NCBI GenBank assembly: GCA_020721805.1
Contig: DYMB01000003.1
Span: 35,921-99,920, forward strand
Reading direction: 5' to 3'
DNA: 64,000 bases
Origin: Acetofilamentum sp.
GTDB taxonomy: Bacteria > Hydrothermota > 32-111
In this document: one piece after another, positions 28,365-38,400 of the stretch
How the letters are laid out: the number at the start of each line of letters is the position of its first letter
Numbering within the stretch: the stretch's first letter is position 1
Program-made: the position numbers and the translations under genes
The notes under the pieces: model-generated
The model's database searches: none
What the model saw: only the letters and a program-made list of their open reading frames with translations
What the model was told of the DNA's origin: nothing

Positions 28365-30038
28365 TTGATGAAAGTATGTAAAAAATATTTTTTACCTTTA
28401 TTATTGTTATCGATTTTAATCACAATAAATTGTGGCTTTCAAACCAAAGATAGAGTTCTGGCTAAGGTTGATGGTAAGATAATTTACGAAAGCAGTTTTA
28501 AAAGATTATTTTCCCTTATTCCCAACAGTAGTGAAGAAGAAAACAGAAAGAAGGCTTTGGAAACATTTAATGGACTTGTTAACCAGATGATAGTTTACAA
28601 TTATCTTGAAAAAAATAATTTACTTTCAGAGGATCTTTTAACCCAAAAAATTCAATCTGAAAATCAAAGGTTAATAGGACTTGTTTATAATAACGATGTT
28701 TTGAAAAAGGTTAAAATAAGTGAAAAAGAGTTATGGCAAACTTATCTTAGAAGTAAAACAACCATCTGGGCTCAGCATATACTTGTTGAAAATAAAAAAC
28801 TTGCCGATTCTTTGTATGAAATTTTGAAAAAAAGACCTGAAAGATTCGGAGAACTCGCTGCCTTATATTCACTTGATACTAACAATAAAAACAATGAGGG
28901 AATGCTAAGAGAATTCTCAGGTGGCGTTATGGCTAAGCCTTTTGAGGATGCTTGTTTCAATCAGACTGTCAATGTTATAGGAAAACCTGTAAAAACGGTT
29001 TTTGGATATCACATAATCAGAGTCTTAAAAAGGGAAAGAAAGGATACATCCAATTATAAAAATGAAATAAAGTCTATTGAAAACATGTTGAAAAGGAAAA
29101 AGGTTACCGAACAGGCATCAAAATCTGAAAAAGAATTGAAAAAAATGGCACAGATAAATATAAATATTGAAAATATAAACAAACTGATTCAATCTTTAAA
29201 ATACGATCCATCTGGAAATGTTCTTCTGGATTCCTTAAAGGATGAAAGAAATCTTATTCTTGCCACATCAATTTTTGGAAAATGGAATATAGATGATATT
29301 ATAAGAGAGAGTTTGAATGGTGGTTTTGGGAAGGTTCCATTTTTCAGTGCTGAAGCTTTAAAAAATCATATAGATAGGATGATATTCTTTATGACGGTAT
29401 ACAACAAGGGTAAAAGGTATGGTGGAAATCTCTCTTCATCTTTCAACAAAGAAAGCGAATTGAAAATGGCTATCATCTGTGATCAGAAAGTTAGAAAGGA
29501 TATAATGAATTCTATTCCAATCGATGATTCTCTTTTAATAACTTTTTATAAAAATAATCTGGATAAATTTATGGAAAAAGGTCAGGCACACATTTATATA
29601 ATTTCAAATAATGATCTTGCAAAAATAGTGATTATAAAAGACTCTTTAAAATTAAAAAAAGATTTTAAACATTTTTCAAAAATCTACTCTACAATAAAAC
29701 CAAAAGAATTTTCAAAGCCTGATTACTTTATATTCGAAGATGATGATACAATAGGATATTACAAAAAAGCAGTTGAAACTGGTAAAGGGAAGATTTCGGA
29801 AATATTTCAGAATTCTAAAGGTTACAACTTAATCTATGTGGTGAACTTAATTCCACCAAAACCAAAAGATCTCAATGAAAATTTTATAAGCAGAGAGTTA
29901 AAAAATGAATATATGAAATTTAAAACCGATAGTATCTATAATGATGAGATAGAGAAAGAGAAAAAGAACATAAAAATTTTTATAAATCAAAAAGTTTTTG
30001 AAGAGGTTATGAACAATATAATTTCAAATAAGGAGTAA
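28365..30038 (+). CDS. SurA/PpiC-type periplasmic peptidyl-prolyl isomerase / chaperone (paralog 1)
   Basis: 557 aa. It has a signal peptide and the parvulin domain (AQHILVENKKLADSLYEIL...GVMAKPFEDACF...VFGYHIIRV). Confidence 0.7.
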   Translation: MMKVCKKYFLPLLLLSILITINCGFQTKDRVLAKVDGKIIYESSFKRLFSLIPNSSEEENRKKALETFNGLVNQMIVYNYLEKNNLLSEDLLTQKIQSENQRLIGLVYNNDVLKKVKISEKELWQTYLRSKTTIWAQHILVENKKLADSLYEILKKRPERFGELAALYSLDTNNKNNEGMLREFSGGVMAKPFEDACFNQTVNVIGKPVKTVFGYHIIRVLKRERKDTSNYKNEIKSIENMLKRKKVTEQASKSEKELKKMAQININIENINKLIQSLKYDPSGNVLLDSLKDERNLILATSIFGKWNIDDIIRESLNGGFGKVPFFSAEALKNHIDRMIFFMTVYNKGKRYGGNLSSSFNKESELKMAIICDQKVRKDIMNSIPIDDSLLITFYKNNLDKFMEKGQAHIYIISNNDLAKIVIIKDSLKLKKDFKHFSKIYSTIKPKEFSKPDYFIFEDDDTIGYYKKAVETGKGKISEIFQNSKGYNLIYVVNLIPPKPKDLNENFISRELKNEYMKFKTDSIYNDEIEKEKKNIKIFINQKVFEEVMNNIISNKE

Positions 30039-30040
30039 AA

Positions 30041-30910
30041 ATGAAAAAAGATGTAAAGGTAATTACGATTCTTGTCCTTTCACTTATAGTTGTAATTTTG
30101 CTCGGGTATGTTGTAATTGGAAATATGCGGAAAGAATCTTCAACGAATTTCATAAATTCAGGTAAAATTCTTGCAACAGTTAACGGTATAAATATTTACG
30201 AAGGATTGTTGACTCTCATAAGTCAAGGACAGCCCATACCTGAAGAGAATAAAAAAGTTATTCTTGATGAATTAATAGATAACATTTTGATCTATCGGGA
30301 AGCGTTAGAAAATAAAATCGATGAGGATACGACCTTGATGAATCAATTAAGATTACAGGAAATAATAACCATAGCGAGTAAATATATGGAAAAGAAAATA
30401 AAAGATCTTCCCGCTCCAACTGATGAAGAATTGAATGCATACTATCTTGTAAATAAACCTTATTTTGATAGAAATGTTAAAATAGGTATAATAGCTTTAC
30501 CACCTAACAAAGTTTATGCTGATTCTATTTACAATGTTATAAAGAGTGGGAAAAAGGGATTTGAAACCGTCGCAAGGGAAGTTTCCCTTGATAAACAGAC
30601 CGGTTCAAAAGGTGGTGTCATAGATAATTGGTTTACCTTCAAACAACTGGCGAGTGTTGGTTTTGTTAATGTCGATTCTGTCGCTTTTTCACTGAAAAAC
30701 AAGGGCGACATCTCTCTTCCTTTTGTTGAGGCTAATGGTTCCTACTACATAGTTAAACTTTTAGATTATAAACCATCCAACCTTAATGAAAACACAATAA
30801 AGGGACTTTTAATGAATCTTCTTTATTCTGAAAAATCAAAGTCCTATATTCAATCCTATACACAGCGATTAAGAGAAAAAGCAAAAATAGAATATAAAAT
30901 TGAAAATTAA
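30041..30910 (+). CDS. PpiC/SurA-family peptidyl-prolyl isomerase (paralog 2)
   Basis: 289 aa with an N-terminal TM/signal anchor, a SurA-like N-domain and a parvulin-like C-terminal region. Confidence 0.55.
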   Translation: MKKDVKVITILVLSLIVVILLGYVVIGNMRKESSTNFINSGKILATVNGINIYEGLLTLISQGQPIPEENKKVILDELIDNILIYREALENKIDEDTTLMNQLRLQEIITIASKYMEKKIKDLPAPTDEELNAYYLVNKPYFDRNVKIGIIALPPNKVYADSIYNVIKSGKKGFETVAREVSLDKQTGSKGGVIDNWFTFKQLASVGFVNVDSVAFSLKNKGDISLPFVEANGSYYIVKLLDYKPSNLNENTIKGLLMNLLYSEKSKSYIQSYTQRLREKAKIEYKIEN

Positions 30911-32165
30911 ATTTCTTGTTTTATTTTTATTTATTTTTTGTCTATCCGCTCAATTCATATGGGCGGATAGAATTTTTATTCAGATTAACGATTCTTTGAT
31001 ACTTGAGTCAGAATATAAGGAAAAATTAAAATCGCTTGAACAGAATTTTTCCCAAAATAAAAATCTCCTCGATTCGCTTAAAGAAAATCTGATAAATAAA
31101 CTGATAAACGATAAGATACTTGAGATAATCGCCGATAGGGAAAGTTTGAATATAGATACATCGATTCTTTTGAAAGAGGTTGAAAAAAGAATTTTTGATC
31201 TTAAATCTAATTTTAAAGATAGTGTTGAGTTTGAAACCTATTTGAAGCAGAATGGGGTTATGTTGAAAGATTTAAAAGAAAATTATTTGCAGCAGGCTAA
31301 AAATATCTATTTAAAAAGGCAGATACTCGCTAAAAGTATGACAAAAATTTATGTGAATGAAAACCAGATAAAAAAATTTTATGAGGAGAATAAAGATTCT
31401 TTTATAGTAAAACCATCCGCTGATATTTTTCATATTTCTTTTGTTATTAAACCGGATTCTTTAAGATTTATGGATCTTTTACAAAAATTTGAATCCATAG
31501 TTTTTGAACTGAAAAATGGAAAGGATTTTTCACAACTTGCCAGAGATTATTCTGAAGATATTTACGCAAAGAATGGTGGAAATGTCGGGTATAAAAAATA
31601 TTCCGATCTTTCAATCGAACTTGGTAGTTTCCTTTTTCAAAACAAAAATTCTGATACCGTTCTTTTTACCCAATCAAGGAATGGATTACATATAATAAAG
31701 GTTTTAAGTTCAAATGATGATTCGATAAATTTCAAACAAATATTTTTAAAGATGCCTTTAACGAGAGAGGATTCTCTGGCAACCTATAACAGGGCTAAAG
31801 ATATAAGGAAAGATATATTGAACAATAAAATTTCCTTTGAGAACGCTGCAGAAAAGTTTTCCGATGATATTTCAACGAAAGATAAAGGTGGATTTATTGG
31901 AAAAGTCTATTTTGAGATGTTGTCAGAAAATTTAAAAGATATATTGGCAAATCTTAAAGAAAATGAAATTTCAAATGTTGTTAAAGGTGATTTCGGGTAT
32001 GAGATTTTTTTGGTTAAAAATAAGACTGGCGGTGATATAAGTCCATACGAGGAAGTTAAAGATTTTATCGCATCTTTTCTTGAAAATAAGAGAATCGAAG
32101 AAGAGATTGAAAAAATCGTAAACAAAGAAAAGAGCAATTCCTTTATTATGATATATTCCGAATGA
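30900..32165 (+). CDS. SurA-like peptidyl-prolyl isomerase (paralog 3)
   Basis: 421 aa with a signal peptide and two parvulin-like segments (IFHISFVIKPDS... and GDFGYEIFLVK). It lies immediately upstream of pdxA, as surA does in E. coli. Confidence 0.65.
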   Translation: MKIKFLVLFLFIFCLSAQFIWADRIFIQINDSLILESEYKEKLKSLEQNFSQNKNLLDSLKENLINKLINDKILEIIADRESLNIDTSILLKEVEKRIFDLKSNFKDSVEFETYLKQNGVMLKDLKENYLQQAKNIYLKRQILAKSMTKIYVNENQIKKFYEENKDSFIVKPSADIFHISFVIKPDSLRFMDLLQKFESIVFELKNGKDFSQLARDYSEDIYAKNGGNVGYKKYSDLSIELGSFLFQNKNSDTVLFTQSRNGLHIIKVLSSNDDSINFKQIFLKMPLTREDSLATYNRAKDIRKDILNNKISFENAAEKFSDDISTKDKGGFIGKVYFEMLSENLKDILANLKENEISNVVKGDFGYEIFLVKNKTGGDISPYEEVKDFIASFLENKRIEEEIEKIVNKEKSNSFIMIYSE

Positions 32166-33100
32166 AAAAGATACTTGTTTCGGTAGGGGATATTTCTGGA
32201 ATAAACTCTTTTTTGATCTATAGTGCTGCAAAAAAATACAAAGATACGATATTTGAAATATCCGCCCCAGAAAATGTTTTTAAAGAAAATTTAAAATATT
32301 TCAAAATAAAAAATTTGCCCTACAATCTAACATTCGATTATTTTAGTGCTAGTTTTAAAAAGATAGTTCCCGGAGAGCCAACGATGAGTTCGACGCTACT
32401 CTCCTTTGATTCTTTTAAATTTTCTATAAGGAAAATGAAAATTGATCATAGAAATTATGCAGGGTTGTTAACGATGCCTGTAAACAAAGAGGAGATCTCC
32501 AAAATTGAAAAAGGTTTTACCGGGCATACAGATTTTTTTGAAAAAGAGTTCAACAAAAAATTAACAATGTTACTCTATTCAAAAAAAATAGCAGTTTTAC
32601 CTTTAACCAAACATATCTGTTTAAAAGAAGTTGAAAAAAAACTTTTTGATGAAAAAATAGAAAAACAGATAGATAATGTTTATAAATTTTTCAAAAATTT
32701 TTTCAAAACAACTCCAAAATTTTTATTTTTATGTGTTAACCCTCACTGTTCAGATGGAAAACTACTTGGTTTATCCGATATCAAATTAAAAAGGATAGTT
32801 AAAAATCTTAACAAAAATTATAAAATCGATGGTCCGATGCCGGCAGATTCAGCTTTTAATGAAAATAATCTGAAAAGTTATGATGTTTTTGTTGGAACCT
32901 ATCATGATCAGGTTCTGATCCCTTTTAAAATGTTATCTTTCGAAGATGGTGTCAATATAACCTGTGGACTTCCATTTTTAAGAGTGTCACCAGATCACGG
33001 TCCAGCCTACGATATGGTCTTTAAATTGGATAAGATAACAACCTACTCAACTTTTAGTGCGGTTCAACTTCTTTCAAAGGTTAGAATTTCTCAAAAATAA
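32162..33100 (+). CDS. pdxA: 4-hydroxythreonine-4-phosphate dehydrogenase
   Basis: 312 aa. The N-terminus is VSVGDISGIN and it has the metal-site motifs GHTDF and VSPDHGPAYD typical of PdxA. Confidence 0.75.
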   Translation: MKKILVSVGDISGINSFLIYSAAKKYKDTIFEISAPENVFKENLKYFKIKNLPYNLTFDYFSASFKKIVPGEPTMSSTLLSFDSFKFSIRKMKIDHRNYAGLLTMPVNKEEISKIEKGFTGHTDFFEKEFNKKLTMLLYSKKIAVLPLTKHICLKEVEKKLFDEKIEKQIDNVYKFFKNFFKTTPKFLFLCVNPHCSDGKLLGLSDIKLKRIVKNLNKNYKIDGPMPADSAFNENNLKSYDVFVGTYHDQVLIPFKMLSFEDGVNITCGLPFLRVSPDHGPAYDMVFKLDKITTYSTFSAVQLLSKVRISQK

Positions 33101-34322
33101 CGACAGTTTCAAAATGTCTGGTTTGGGGGAACATATCGAATATCTTTATATCTTTGATGAAAAATTTTTCTTTTATTATGTTGATATCTCTTGTTAGAGT
33201 TGAGGGATCACATGAGATATAGATAATCTGTCTATTTATTTTTTCCAGAAGTGATCTCAAAAAGATCCCATCAATACCTTCTCTTGGAGGATCGAGTATC
33301 ACAAGATCGAAGAAGAGATCATCCTCTAATTTAAAAGTTTTATCTATCGTTCTTTTAATAACATTGATATTGTTTATTTTATTTTCCTTTAAATTTTTTC
33401 TTTGAAAATATACTGAGGATCCATTTGATTCAATCGAATAGACTTTTTTGAATAAAGGACTGAATATCATTGAATAGATTCCCAATCCAGAATAAAGGTC
33501 AAGGAAGTTATCACCCTTTGTTATCTTTTCACTTAAATAGGAATAAAGTTTTAAAGCAACATAATCGTTTACCTGAAAAAAATTGTTATGTGAGAAATAA
33601 AAAATATTATCAAAAATAAGATTTACAAGTTCCCCTTTACCCTTTAAATACAACGGTTTTTTATTTTTAAGAAATAGTATGATATTATCAACATCAATAT
33701 TTTGAAAGTTAAGGGATATATTGTCAGCGCTTGTCAAATCAGAGTATAGAGTTAAAAGTGTTTTGTTTGCCATAGAAGTTTTAATGGTTATTTTATTGAT
33801 AGAATGATCGAAAAGATTTATTCTGTTTAAATGAGTTATTATACTGTTTATCTTTTCGTTTACTATAGAACAGGAGTCTATATGAACGAATTCATTTGAT
33901 TTTTCTTTTATAAGCCCGAGTCCATCCATAGTGACTCTGAGAGTGATTTTGTTTCTGTAATGGTATGGTTTTGATTCTATGAATTCAATGTTTTCATCGT
34001 AATTGATTTTAGAATTCATCCTCAAAAGTTCTTTAAGAATTTCCACTTTAATTATTTTATGATACCTGTAATCAATATGCTGGAAAGAACAACCGCCACA
34101 CACACCAAAATATTTACACACTGGTTGAACCCTCAGACCCGATGGCTTAAGAATGGAGACTATTTCACCTTCAGAAAAATTCTTTTTTTCGTTAACCTCT
34201 TTTACCTGAACAACCTCATCAGGAATCACATATTTTATAAAAAAGACTTTACCGTTATACCTTCCCAATCCTCTTCCATCGGAAATTATCTTTTCGATCT
34301 TTATATTGACAGGATCGTTCAT
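33081..34322 (-). CDS. rlmD: 23S rRNA (uracil-C5)-methyltransferase RlmD/RumA family (TRAM + Fe-S + SAM MTase)
   Basis: 413 aa. It has the 4Fe-4S Cys cluster CKYFGVCGGCSFQH and the MTase motifs DLYSGLGIYS, LDPPREGI and SCDPSTLTRD. Confidence 0.8.
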   Translation of the reverse strand: MNDPVNIKIEKIISDGRGLGRYNGKVFFIKYVIPDEVVQVKEVNEKKNFSEGEIVSILKPSGLRVQPVCKYFGVCGGCSFQHIDYRYHKIIKVEILKELLRMNSKINYDENIEFIESKPYHYRNKITLRVTMDGLGLIKEKSNEFVHIDSCSIVNEKINSIITHLNRINLFDHSINKITIKTSMANKTLLTLYSDLTSADNISLNFQNIDVDNIILFLKNKKPLYLKGKGELVNLIFDNIFYFSHNNFFQVNDYVALKLYSYLSEKITKGDNFLDLYSGLGIYSMIFSPLFKKVYSIESNGSSVYFQRKNLKENKINNINVIKRTIDKTFKLEDDLFFDLVILDPPREGIDGIFLRSLLEKINRQIIYISCDPSTLTRDINIIKEKFFIKDIKIFDMFPQTRHFETVVIFEKF

Positions 34323-35203
34323 CTTATAAAAAGAAAATCAGCCTGGGTGGGATCAAAATTTTGAGAATCGACAACAGCGATGGTTACAATCTTTTTTTCT
34401 GGTAAAATCGCTTTCAACTGGGTATATATTCCAAGATGATGGTTTGAATGAAATTCACCACACAGATGGTAAACCTTATAATCTTTATTTTTTAATAGAA
34501 AATTTTTTATCGATCCAGCCATCGTTGCATCTTTGAAAAGTTGTGCAAGAAAAGTCTTCTCATCGTTTAGATGACCCATAGGTGATTGGGGAAGAATCTG
34601 ACTCATAAATTGAAAAAATTTTTCCTTGTAAGAGGTCATATCGTTAGCAGGCTCAAAAATAAAATTTTTTATATTTTCTATCTTTAAGAGTGAATCCTTT
34701 CCCTCTTTGGATACTATCGAAGCAAATTTTCTCGGAATGTTCGATGCTATAACGGAAAGTCTATTTTCTTTGGCAAGTAAAACTATTCTTCTGTAATCGT
34801 TATCATAATTTGGCCAGGGACGAGATCGTTTTAAAAATTCTTCTTCAGTTATGTGGTTTAAAAGAAATGAATCCATAATATGCTGCACATCGGTTTCAAA
34901 CATTTCAAGTGATAATGCAACTTTTTTATTCTTTTTAACCAGTTTGTTGAAAGTTAAAAATTCAAGATTATGTGTATAAGCATCATCATGTTTTTCACCA
35001 AAAATTATTATATCATAAGAAGAGATCTTTTTTATAAAATCGTCAAATGAGATCCTCTTTATTTCGGATGTTTGAATTATCGTAAACTCTTTTTTTATAA
35101 TCGATCTATTATTTTTCACACAGGATATAGTTAAAAGTAAAGATAAAAATAGAAAAATCGATCTCATAATTTTAATTTTACAAAAAAAAAGAGTATCAGT
35201 CAA
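34319..35203 (-). CDS. ChaN-like (Tiki/TraB superfamily) lipoprotein, putative haem/iron-related
   Basis: It has GEKHDD...ALSLEMFETD (the GxxH...EMF signature of the ChaN family). A signal peptide with lipobox LTISC follows the internal Met (MRSIFLF), so the true start is probably about 36 nt inside the track ORF. Confidence 0.55.
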   Translation of the reverse strand: MTDTLFFCKIKIMRSIFLFLSLLLTISCVKNNRSIIKKEFTIIQTSEIKRISFDDFIKKISSYDIIIFGEKHDDAYTHNLEFLTFNKLVKKNKKVALSLEMFETDVQHIMDSFLLNHITEEEFLKRSRPWPNYDNDYRRIVLLAKENRLSVIASNIPRKFASIVSKEGKDSLLKIENIKNFIFEPANDMTSYKEKFFQFMSQILPQSPMGHLNDEKTFLAQLFKDATMAGSIKNFLLKNKDYKVYHLCGEFHSNHHLGIYTQLKAILPEKKIVTIAVVDSQNFDPTQADFLFIR

Positions 35204-35255
35204 GTTAAACTAAAATTTCTCTTTACTTTTATACTTAAATATTTAAAATATTTTT

Positions 35256-36275
35256 ATGGGCGGGAAAAAATTTAATATATTTTTTCTTTTATCTATCTTC
35301 TACTCTTTTAAATTATGCTCTTCGACTTTTTTTTCAACGGATCTTGATTTTTGTAATCAATTTTATGATATATCTCCAGTTGGTAAAAATAATCATATTG
35401 ATCATATTACCTTCGGTATTTCAAACCGTTTTCTTTTAAATGATCTAACAACCTTTTATTCGATTTCAAAATACAATTATAAAGATTTTTCTTTTGGCCA
35501 TATCGTGGCAAACGATTTAAACACTATTTTTAAAAAATACACCTTTGGGGCTAAAGTTGTGTATAACATCTATGATGTGAATATAGGTGTTTTACCATTT
35601 TTTGTTTTTACACATTATGTTGATGATGAAAAGAGATTTGATGGTGGTTTAATTCTTTCTTCCCAGATTTTCGAAAAGAATTTCCATCTAATGACATCGT
35701 TTATTCTTAAAAAGAGTAATAATTCATCGCTGCTCATTCTCGGTTATATGAAAAATAGTTTTGATATGAGTCTTCAGGTGGTCTTTGAGAATAAATTAAT
35801 AGTTAACGGAAAGATCGAATACAGGTTGAATAAAGATTTTATTATTGATTTCTCGCTGGATAGTGAAGGTAGAATCTTTTGTGGAATCGAATTGGTCAGG
35901 CATCCGTTTTTTGTAGATTATTCAACTTTTTTACATCCCAATTTACCTGTATCAAACGATGTGAGAATATCTTATTATAGGGAAAATAGAAATGTTAAAC
36001 TTAAAAAGATTAAAGTTGTTCCGGTAGAATTTGATATAAGGTTGAAAAAAAAGAAGTTGAAAGATTTTTATGTTGAAGGTAAAATAGATCTTAACAACGC
36101 ATTTTATGAGGAAATACTTTCAATGGAAGGTTTCAGTAAAACTATCCTAAGAAGAATTTACATTTATAGACTTTTAAATGGGAAAATCAAATCCTATGAG
36201 GAAATTGAGAGTTTACCCGGGATAGGGAAAAAGAGTATAGAAAAGTTGAAAATGAAAACATTTTTGGGGGAGTAA
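35256..36275 (+). CDS. secreted protein with C-terminal ComEA-like helix-hairpin-helix DNA-binding domain
   Basis: 339 aa with a signal peptide. The C-terminal LPGIGKKSIEKL HhH motif is preceded by ILRRIYIYRLLNG. Confidence 0.5.
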   Translation: MGGKKFNIFFLLSIFYSFKLCSSTFFSTDLDFCNQFYDISPVGKNNHIDHITFGISNRFLLNDLTTFYSISKYNYKDFSFGHIVANDLNTIFKKYTFGAKVVYNIYDVNIGVLPFFVFTHYVDDEKRFDGGLILSSQIFEKNFHLMTSFILKKSNNSSLLILGYMKNSFDMSLQVVFENKLIVNGKIEYRLNKDFIIDFSLDSEGRIFCGIELVRHPFFVDYSTFLHPNLPVSNDVRISYYRENRNVKLKKIKVVPVEFDIRLKKKKLKDFYVEGKIDLNNAFYEEILSMEGFSKTILRRIYIYRLLNGKIKSYEEIESLPGIGKKSIEKLKMKTFLGE

Positions 36276-36821
36276 ATGGAAAAAACTAAGCAGAGCAGAT
36301 TGATCTATGAGGGTAAAATCATCACTCTTTTAAGGGATGAGGTGATTCTTGAATCTGGAAGGGAAACTGTAAGAGAGGTGGTTTTACATAATGGCTCGGT
36401 AGTTGTGATACCATACGATGAGAAGGAAGGGTCCATTTATTTTGTTAAACAGTACAGGTATCCTTTAAAAAGTTATCTTATAGAATTACCGGCAGGAAAA
36501 CTTGAAGATAGTGAGAATCCTTACGATGCCGCCAACAGGGAGTTAAGCGAGGAGATAGGTTTTTTCTCAAATAATCTTAAAAAACTCAAATCCATCGCAT
36601 CATCTCCTGGATATGTCAATGAGATTTTGCATGTTTTTATTGCAAGGGAACTTGTAAAAAAGGAGAATGAAAAAGATTTTGATGAGAATATAGAAATAGT
36701 AAAGGTCAAAGTTGAGGATCTTAAAAGATTTCTTTTAGAGCAGGATATTATTGATGGTAAAACTCTTGCCTCATTCTTTCTATGGGAGTTAGTGGAAGGT
36801 GAGAATATTCTTTCTTTTTAG
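36276..36821 (+). CDS. NUDIX hydrolase (ADP-ribose pyrophosphatase-like)
   Basis: It has the Nudix box GKLEDSENPYDAANRELSEEIGF (Gx5Ex7REUxEExGU). Confidence 0.85.
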   Translation: MEKTKQSRLIYEGKIITLLRDEVILESGRETVREVVLHNGSVVVIPYDEKEGSIYFVKQYRYPLKSYLIELPAGKLEDSENPYDAANRELSEEIGFFSNNLKKLKSIASSPGYVNEILHVFIARELVKKENEKDFDENIEIVKVKVEDLKRFLLEQDIIDGKTLASFFLWELVEGENILSF

Positions 36822-38355
36822 TATTTTAATTCTTTTCACAAGTTTAATTTTTTCACAGGATTTGGAAATAGATAGATCGATGAGTATAACGGATTCTCTA
36901 ACCTATATTCTTGATGATCTGAAAGATTTTTTGCTTTTTGATGAGATGGAAAAAATTGAAAACTTGATGTTTTCAAAAGAACCCATAACCTTTCAGGATA
37001 TCTTTAAAATAACTGGAAATGAGATCGTTTCAAAAATTATCGAGACAAGATATCTTCAAAGAAAAAAATTGTTTGATTTTAATACAGGTATTTTATTAGA
37101 TTCTTTATTTTCGTCTGAAAATAAGAGTTTTTTGAATTCAACTCTTTATTTTAGAAATTTTAAATCCTTTTTTTTAATTGAAAAGGATGTTGATGAAAGA
37201 TCCTATATCGATAACTATAAATTCGGATTTCACTATCAAAATTTAATTGTTGGAAATTATAGAATAAAAACTGGAAGAAATATTTTTTCAAACTGGAACA
37301 TTTTTGGTGATGCGCTCTCTAAAACTTTTTTTTCAAACAGGATCGAACTTGATCTTTCATATAATGAATACCCTTCATATTTTGGAATTTTATATTTTCT
37401 TTTTTTCAACAATTTGATTTTTGTCCCATTCGTTTCCAATATTTACTATGATTGCATTCTCGATTCAACTCAAAATGTTAGCAGTATATTAACATATAAC
37501 ATACATGATGATTCATTATCAATTTCAAGAAAAGATAATTTGAGAGAGAGTGGAATCGGTTTCATATTGAATTCAAAAAATGAAATTTTTAATTTTGCAT
37601 CCTTTCTATCAGATTATTCAAAAAATTTTAATTTTCTTGATTATGATAAAAATATAATTTTCTCATTTTTTGGCAAGACCGATAACATATCGTATGATTT
37701 TGGAATTTCCCTACCTAACAGGGGATATGTTGTAAGTTCCTATTTCAAGAAGAGTGATGAGGAAATATCCGTATCGGCGGGGTTAACTTTTAACAACAAT
37801 TTTATCAATTTTCATTCCGGTTATATTGAAAAAAAACATTTTTATGGTTTCTTCGTTAACTCAAATTTTAAAAAATTAAAGATAGAAAATAATTTTCAAT
37901 TTTTTAATGATGGTGATCGAAAAACAGAAGATGATATTATTTTTAAATTATCAAAATATTTTAAAACAACCTTAACTTTTTATCTACCTGATTATAACAA
38001 AAATTCGATAAAACAGGAATTTTATAAAAGCCTTTATCACACATTTTCAATAAAGTTTACCTTTTATTTAAATTACAACACATCGAATTACCAAAAGATT
38101 GATTTTTATATTAACACTCCAAAACTGGATTTTAATACCTATATCTATCTTTTTAATGTTGTTGAACAGGATCGTATCTGGTTATATGAGTATTCATTTT
38201 TCAACACTTATCCTATCAAGTTCTATCAAAACCAAAAAGGGCTTGTTTACGGTGTTAACTTTTCCATAAAGAAGAATATAAAGACAGATTTTGGTATTAT
38301 AAAAAATTATAAAGATCTTTTCAGTTTTTATCTATCCTTAAAAATCTCATTTTAA
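36799..38355 (+). CDS. hypothetical outer-membrane-like protein
   Basis: 518 aa with a signal peptide. It is aromatic and asparagine rich with alternating hydrophobic patterns, and ends ...YLSLKISF, ending in Phe, which I read as beta-barrel-like. Confidence 0.4.
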   Translation: MRIFFLFSILILFTSLIFSQDLEIDRSMSITDSLTYILDDLKDFLLFDEMEKIENLMFSKEPITFQDIFKITGNEIVSKIIETRYLQRKKLFDFNTGILLDSLFSSENKSFLNSTLYFRNFKSFFLIEKDVDERSYIDNYKFGFHYQNLIVGNYRIKTGRNIFSNWNIFGDALSKTFFSNRIELDLSYNEYPSYFGILYFLFFNNLIFVPFVSNIYYDCILDSTQNVSSILTYNIHDDSLSISRKDNLRESGIGFILNSKNEIFNFASFLSDYSKNFNFLDYDKNIIFSFFGKTDNISYDFGISLPNRGYVVSSYFKKSDEEISVSAGLTFNNNFINFHSGYIEKKHFYGFFVNSNFKKLKIENNFQFFNDGDRKTEDDIIFKLSKYFKTTLTFYLPDYNKNSIKQEFYKSLYHTFSIKFTFYLNYNTSNYQKIDFYINTPKLDFNTYIYLFNVVEQDRIWLYEYSFFNTYPIKFYQNQKGLVYGVNFSIKKNIKTDFGIIKNYKDLFSFYLSLKISF

Positions 38356-38366
38356 TGCATAGAAAC

Positions 38367-38395
38367 TTGACAAAAATTGCTTGTGGGTTATATTT
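38367..38395 (+). promoter_or_regulatory. sigma70 promoter; transcript probably leaderless
   Basis: TTGACA-N17-ATATTT ends 5 nt before the ATG at 38401, and there is no SD upstream. Confidence 0.45.
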
Positions 38396-38400
38396 AAACG

